Assembly: GCA_002721995.1 (NCBI GenBank)
Contig: PBMF01000040.1
Coordinates: 8,382-72,381, forward strand
DNA: 64,000 nt
DNA from: Chloroflexota bacterium
Lineage (GTDB): Bacteria; Chloroflexota; Dehalococcoidia; Lucifugimonadales; UBA3495
Direction of reading: 5' to 3'
Every line of letters starts with the position of its first letter. Positions within the stretch are counted from its first letter, which is position 1. Below are positions 59,292-64,000 of the stretch, one piece after another. The notes below the pieces were generated by a model, which was given only the letters and a program-made list of their open reading frames with translations, made no database searches and was not told the origin of the DNA. The position numbers were made by a program, and so were the translations under genes.

Positions 59292-60506
59292 ATGGACGAC
59301 TTCTCCCTCCAGCTGAACGACGAACAGATCCAGCTCCGCGACTGGGTCCACGGCTTCGCCGAGGACGTGGTCCGGCCGGCCGCCGAGGAGTGGGACGAGC
59401 GGGAGGAGTTCCCGTACCCGATCGTCGAGCAGGCCGCCCAGATCGGCCTCTACGGCTGGGAGTTCCTGGCCAACGCCACCATGAACGACAAGAGCGGCCT
59501 CACGCTGCCCCTGGCCATCGAGGAGCTCTTCTGGGGCGACGCCGGGATCGGGATGGCGATCATGGGCTCGGGCCTGGCCGCCGCCGGGATCATGGCCTCC
59601 GGCACCGACGAGCAGGTGATGGAGTGGGTGCCCCAGTGCTACGGCTCGGCGGACGACCTCCAGCTGGGTGCCTTCTGCGGCAGCGAGCCCGACGCCGGCT
59701 CCGACGTGGCCGGCTACCGCACCCGAGCCGTGTACGACGAGGCGACCGACGAGTGGGTGCTCGACGGCACCAAGGCCTGGATCACCAACGGTGGCATCGC
59801 CGACGTCCACGTCGTCGTCGGCGTGGTCGACCCCGAGTTGCGGGCCAAGGGCCACGCCTCGTTCGTCGTCCCGCCCGGCACCCCCGGCCTCTCCCAGGGC
59901 CAGAAGTACAAGAAGCACGGCATCCGGGCCAGTCACACCGCCGAGGTGGTGCTCGACGGCGTGCGGGTCCCGGGCCGCTGCCTGCTCGGCGGCAAGGAGA
60001 AGCTCGACGAGCGCCTCGCCCGCGTGAGGGAGGGCAAGCCCGGCAACGCCCAGGCCGCCATGCAGACGTTCGAGGCGACCCGCCCCGCTGTGGGTGCGCA
60101 GGCGATCGGCATCGCCCGGGCGGCCTACGAGTACTCGCTGGAGTACGCCAAGGAGCGGCACGCCTTCGGCCGGCCGATCATCATGAACCAGGGGATCGCC
60201 TTCATGCTGGCCGACATGGCGACCGAGATCGAGGCCACGCGTGCCCTGATCTGGCGGGCGGCCTGGCTCGGCAAGCAGCGGGCGTTCGTGAACGCCGAGG
60301 GGTCGATGGCGAAGCTCAAGGCGGGTCGGGTGGCGACGTGGGTGACCGAGCGGGCCATCCAGATCCTCGGTGGCTACGGCTACACCCGGGAGTACCCCGT
60401 CGAGCGGTGGCACCGTGACGCCAAGATCCACGACATCTTCGAGGGCACCGAACAGATCCAGCAGCTGGTCGTGAGCCGGGCGATCTCGGGCCTGCGGATC
60501 GAGTAG
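59292..60506 (+). CDS. Acyl-CoA dehydrogenase
   Basis: 404-aa ORF with GSEPDAGSD, the C-terminal IFEGTEQIQ, and canonical length. Its TAG stop (60504-60506) is the last high-GC feature. Confidence 0.9.
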   Translation: MDDFSLQLNDEQIQLRDWVHGFAEDVVRPAAEEWDEREEFPYPIVEQAAQIGLYGWEFLANATMNDKSGLTLPLAIEELFWGDAGIGMAIMGSGLAAAGIMASGTDEQVMEWVPQCYGSADDLQLGAFCGSEPDAGSDVAGYRTRAVYDEATDEWVLDGTKAWITNGGIADVHVVVGVVDPELRAKGHASFVVPPGTPGLSQGQKYKKHGIRASHTAEVVLDGVRVPGRCLLGGKEKLDERLARVREGKPGNAQAAMQTFEATRPAVGAQAIGIARAAYEYSLEYAKERHAFGRPIIMNQGIAFMLADMATEIEATRALIWRAAWLGKQRAFVNAEGSMAKLKAGRVATWVTERAIQILGGYGYTREYPVERWHRDAKIHDIFEGTEQIQQLVVSRAISGLRIE

Positions 60507-60771
60507 GGAGCGTAGCGATTTTGAATGGACAGCACAGGCCCTTTTTGCGTCAAGAGTGGACTAGTGATGAATCCCTAAGGGGGCGAGGGGCAACAAATGT
60601 CCGCGCGATGTGAACTCCCTACCCAGTTCATACCTTCGTCCAGAATTGAGGGAGCGAAGCGAGCTCACCATGGCGTTCTTTACCGTGATTGCTAATGAGA
60701 TGTATGCGATGCGGTGATACTGGCATGTTGTTCGAAGTCGCTCTGCGGCGAACAGGAACTGGGAGCACGGG

Positions 60772-61350
60772 ATGAGAAACGCGAATAAACGAAGAATACT
60801 TCTCGGTCTAACGGGTGCCAGTGGCATCTGCTACGGAATACGGGCGTTGGAGTTGATGTCCGAAGTGACCGATATCGAGACACACCTGATGATCACGCCA
60901 TCGGCACGCAGGACTCTTGAGTTAGAAACCGAAAGGTCCCTCAAGGACGTTAAACAATTAGCGGATGTAGTCTATTCGACTCGAGATATCGCGGCAGCGC
61001 CAGCGAGCGGATCGTTTCAAACAGATGGGATGCTAGTTGCACCATGCTCAATTCGAGCGTTATCAGGTATTGCCAATTCGTATTCCGCAGACCTTCTCAC
61101 CCGCTCTGCAGACGTCACACTCAAGGAACGAAGGCCACTTGTTCTGATGGTAAGAGAAGCTCCACTTCACCTGGGCCATTTGCGGCTCATGACAGATGTG
61201 ACGGAAATGGGTGCAACGATTTTCCCACCTGTACCCTCGTTCTATACCGAGCCAATGGACCTAGACGCCGTAGTCTCCCAAACAGCCTCTCGCGCACTTG
61301 AGCAGTTGGAAATTGAAATTCCCGAAATGAAAAGGTGGCGTGGAGTGTAA
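60772..61350 (+). CDS. ubiX: UbiX/Pad1-family flavin prenyltransferase
   Basis: 192-aa ORF. RILLGLTGASGICYGIRALELM and MLVAPCSIRALSGIANSYSADLLTRSADVTLKERRPLVLMVREAP match the UbiX family. Confidence 0.85.
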   Translation: MRNANKRRILLGLTGASGICYGIRALELMSEVTDIETHLMITPSARRTLELETERSLKDVKQLADVVYSTRDIAAAPASGSFQTDGMLVAPCSIRALSGIANSYSADLLTRSADVTLKERRPLVLMVREAPLHLGHLRLMTDVTEMGATIFPPVPSFYTEPMDLDAVVSQTASRALEQLEIEIPEMKRWRGV

Positions 61351-61424
61351 AAGTCGCGAATACTGGCGGCATCGTGTTGGTGAGTGAGTGTTTGCCGTGT
61401 GACCCAGTTTGAATGTGCGAGTTG

Positions 61425-62675
61425 CTAGATGGCCTCAGGGTCGCTGTCCTCAATAGCGGGGGAAACGTCAATTCGAGAGGAATTCGTGGTTATAGCGAAT
61501 ATTGACAGGACCATGGCAGCATTACAGAGCGCGCTAATGCGCAGCGCTGAGGATGCGCCGAAGTGCTCAACGAAGAATCCCATGAGTATGTTTCCAAGAG
61601 ACCTCATTCCGACAAAGATCATCGCGTAGATCGCAACTATCCGTCCGTGAAAGGAAGCCTCCACCACTGATTGCACGTGAGCGTTGGCGCGTCCAAGAAA
61701 TGCCCCACTGGTCAATCCGACGAGGATTAGGGACAGGATGACGAGAGGTGTAGTAGGAGCCCAGGCAAGCAGGATCGTCACGACCGACTGAACCGCAAGT
61801 AGCCAAGGAAAACTAGGTGAATTCGACCGACGTTCGGCAGCGCCCAACGAACCTAGAAGGCTGCCGACACTGAGAAAGACGAGCAGTGCGCTTAGTGTCG
61901 CGGATCCACCGCCCAAACGAACTTCAGTCACTATCGGAAGAATGACTTCGATATTCAGTACGGTCAGGCATGCAACGGCCAAGTAGGCCAGTGTGATCCG
62001 CAATTCCTTAGTCCGCCAGGCATATGAGACTGCCGAACGAAACGTCTTTGTCAACGATTCCCTGGAATGGACGATCGCAGTAGTCTTTATTATGGAGAGG
62101 ATGAAGAAACCAAGTATTGCGCATATTGAGTTGGCCAGGAACGAAGATGGAGTGCCAAAGAGTCCGATCAAAAGACCGCCAACAGCAGGCCCGATGATTC
62201 GACCAACTGAAATTACTGCGGTGTGCAGACTGGCCGCATCCTGAAGAAGTTCACTGGGGACGATGACGCGAACAAAACCTCTCCTAATCGGAGCGTCAAA
62301 GGTCGTTATCAGACCCAACAATAGGATCAGGCCGTAGAGGCTCGCGATGCCCGGATCCGAATATGTGGCGACCGCCCAGAAAATTGTAGTAATCAGGGCC
62401 TTCAGGAGGTGACTGACCCGCAGGAGCGTCTTGCGTTCGTACCGATCGGCTAAGACTCCAGCCAGTGGACTCATTAGGAGGGAGGGGACCGTCCGCAAAG
62501 CGGTCGCTAGACCCAATGAAAATCCACTTCCCGTCACCTGGTAGACGAGCCAGAGCTCGCCCACCCGTTGGGACCACAGCCCTACGCTGTGCAGGACTTG
62601 GATGACGGCGTAGTTGCGAAAGTTGCGATTTCGAAGTGCTTTTCGCGTAGCGCCAAGGAAGACTCCGCGGTCCAC
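61425..62675 (-). CDS. MFS transporter (EntS/MFS_3-like)
   Basis: 416-aa ORF with about 12 predicted TM segments and N-terminal FRNYAVIQVLHSVGLW, typical of this subfamily. Confidence 0.8.
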   Translation of the reverse strand: MDRGVFLGATRKALRNRNFRNYAVIQVLHSVGLWSQRVGELWLVYQVTGSGFSLGLATALRTVPSLLMSPLAGVLADRYERKTLLRVSHLLKALITTIFWAVATYSDPGIASLYGLILLLGLITTFDAPIRRGFVRVIVPSELLQDAASLHTAVISVGRIIGPAVGGLLIGLFGTPSSFLANSICAILGFFILSIIKTTAIVHSRESLTKTFRSAVSYAWRTKELRITLAYLAVACLTVLNIEVILPIVTEVRLGGGSATLSALLVFLSVGSLLGSLGAAERRSNSPSFPWLLAVQSVVTILLAWAPTTPLVILSLILVGLTSGAFLGRANAHVQSVVEASFHGRIVAIYAMIFVGMRSLGNILMGFFVEHFGASSALRISALCNAAMVLSIFAITTNSSRIDVSPAIEDSDPEAI

Positions 62676-62718
62676 TTGCTTCGGTGGTGTGATGGTCCCT
62701 ACACCTCACAGATCCCGT

Positions 62719-62751
62719 TGTCTGACAGACAGCCTGACTATTGTCAGACAA
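62719..62751. promoter_or_regulatory. Paired palindromes in the MFS / hpaB-like divergent intergenic region
   Basis: tgtctg-a-cagaca at 62719-62731 and ttgtc-a-gacaa at 62741-62751. They share the TGTC..GACA half-sites, with centres about 21 bp apart. Confidence 0.35.
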
Positions 62752-62834
62752 CCTACACCCTGCTAGGTTCCGCCTCGGCAGTTGAATCGGATGGTCAGGC
62801 GGTCTCCGAGGAGGACAGGACAGGAAGTCGGTCG

Positions 62835-64000
62835 ATGACCAGACCTGGTGAAGACTACATAGCAAGCCTCGATGACGGCCGGACCGTCATTGTCGATGGT
62901 GAGCGTGTTGGAGATTTGGCAAAGCATCCGATCTTCGCGCCTTCCGTAGCTTCTGTCGCCCGTCTGTACGACGTGTCACATGATCCGGCCAATCGCGATC
63001 TTATGACCTACGAATCTCCCTCGAATGGACAGCCGGCCAACCTCGCGTGGCTTGTCCCAACTTCTCGCGAGGACCTGAAGGCGCGACGCCTCGCGATCGA
63101 GCATTGGGCAAAGCAATCATTCGGCCTCTTTGGTCGCTCGCCTGACCACGTGGCGTCCTTCTTTGCCGGCTTCGTCGGCGCTAGTGAGTGGTTCTCTAAG
63201 GGGGGAAAGAAATATGAGGACAACCTCCTCCGCTATTACGAGCGTGCACGAGATGAGGACCTCTACCTCAGCTACGCGATCATTCATCCCCAGGTCGACC
63301 GAACGAAAGCTCCACACGAACAACCCGAGGAGCATCTCTACGCCAGCATTGTCGACGAGACCGACAACGGCGTCGTCTTACGCGGTGCACAAATGTTGGG
63401 CACTGGGAGCGCAATCTCCAATCACATATTCGTAAGCTGCATTCTTCCACTCCCAAAGGGTTCCGAGGACTACGCGATTTCTGTTTCGGTTCCGTGCGGC
63501 ACACCGGGACTGAGGATTTATCCGAGACGCCTTTATGCAGGTGGTGCGACGAGCCGCTTTGACTACCCGCTTTCCACTCAGTTTGACGAAACCGACTCGT
63601 TGATCGTCTTCGATGACGTCCACGTTCCGTGGGAGAACGTCTTCGTCAACCGGGATATTGATATTACGGCCGCACAATTCCACGAGACTGCAGCACACAA
63701 TCTGGGCAACACACAGGCTCAGATCCGGTTCTTCGTGAAGTTGAAATTCATTCTCGGCTTAGCGAGAAAACTCTCTGAATGCTCAGGAGTCATCCAGTCG
63801 CGCCCGAACCAATTGGACTTGGGCGAGTTGGCAGCTCGAGTCGCTATCCCGGAAGGGATGGTGCTGGGTGCGGAAGGCTCCTCAACGGTTGATTCCAATG
63901 GCGTAGCTAGACCAAATCCTAAAATGCTTTACGCGGCAATGACGCTTCAGCCGCGTCTTTACCAAGAAATCATCTTTGCTCTCCGGGAAATGACCGGTGG
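62835..64000 (+). CDS. HpaB-family flavin-dependent monooxygenase oxygenase component (4-hydroxyphenylacetate 3-hydroxylase-like), 3' end off-window
   Basis: Not in the ORF track because no stop is reached. My translation from ATG 62835 reads MTRPGEDYIASLDDGRTVIVDGERVGDLAKHPIFAPSVASVARLYD...FDYPLSTQFDETDSLIVFDDVHVPWENVFVNRD, collinear with E. coli HpaB as I remember it. Confidence 0.8.
   Translation, partial: MTRPGEDYIASLDDGRTVIVDGERVGDLAKHPIFAPSVASVARLYDVSHDPANRDLMTYESPSNGQPANLAWLVPTSREDLKARRLAIEHWAKQSFGLFGRSPDHVASFFAGFVGASEWFSKGGKKYEDNLLRYYERARDEDLYLSYAIIHPQVDRTKAPHEQPEEHLYASIVDETDNGVVLRGAQMLGTGSAISNHIFVSCILPLPKGSEDYAISVSVPCGTPGLRIYPRRLYAGGATSRFDYPLSTQFDETDSLIVFDDVHVPWENVFVNRDIDITAAQFHETAAHNLGNTQAQIRFFVKLKFILGLARKLSECSGVIQSRPNQLDLGELAARVAIPEGMVLGAEGSSTVDSNGVARPNPKMLYAAMTLQPRLYQEIIFALREMTG

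Noticed and set aside
60507-60771. Possible tRNA or att site at the right junction (a gttcgaag string near 60735 resembles a T-loop)
   Set aside because: I could not build flanking T-stem, acceptor or anticodon stems. No cloverleaf can be drawn, and no matching sequence occurs at the left junction.
60561-60883. 88-aa and 63-aa minus-strand ORFs between the ACAD gene and ubiX
   Set aside because: They have no motifs, they overlap each other and the ubiX start, and their composition is unlike the neighbouring genes. They are likely non-coding spacer.

Overview
The window is a three-part compositional mosaic with very high coding density. Hand-sampled lines (not computed) give about 50% G+C for both flanks (1 to ~17.57 kb and ~60.51 to 64 kb) and about 65-72% for the central ~43 kb block (~17.58-60.51 kb). 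Both transitions happen within a few tens of nucleotides. I saw no integrase, transposase, tRNA, rRNA, CRISPR array or flanking direct repeats.

Left flank: a paralog-rich oxidative and hydrolytic gene set. It holds four Amidohydro_2-type proteins, a cytochrome P450 with a small ferredoxin, SDRs, a TPP enzyme, an aldehyde dehydrogenase, a family III CoA-transferase, a GGT-like protein, an LLM oxidoreductase, and GlcG, RidA, CMD and ABM small proteins.

Central high-GC block (actinobacterium-like gene content; this is inference):
- A scarred left edge with a permease-like fragment and a proX 3' remnant.
- proV, plus a proW fused to an unexplained ~8-TM C-terminal domain.
- An acyl-CoA dehydrogenase and crotonase cluster.
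- A translationally coupled IclR / non-Pyl MttB-family / dimethylglycine-dehydrogenase-like / DddP-like M24 operon.
- Enolase-superfamily, Zn-ADH and LLM genes, and an S9 peptidase.
- modABC with an HTH-TOBE regulator.
- A Dpp-type ABC importer whose 982-aa lipoprotein fuses a LivJ-like type I binding domain to a family-5 peptide-binding domain.
- A divergent TetR / Amidohydro_3 / COG0523 / serine-hydrolase operon.
- valS, an M20 peptidase and another acyl-CoA dehydrogenase.

Right flank: ubiX, an MFS transporter and a 3'-truncated HpaB-family monooxygenase.

Most notable observations:
- The un-ameliorated 43 kb high-GC block. It is either an assembly chimera or a very recent transfer.
- The dual-class fused substrate-binding protein and its divergent hydrolase operon.
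- The methylated-osmolyte catabolic operon, which has an orphan MttB-family methyltransferase and a DddP-like protein.
- The ProW fusion to an unknown membrane domain.

All family calls come from motif recognition by eye; no searches were run.
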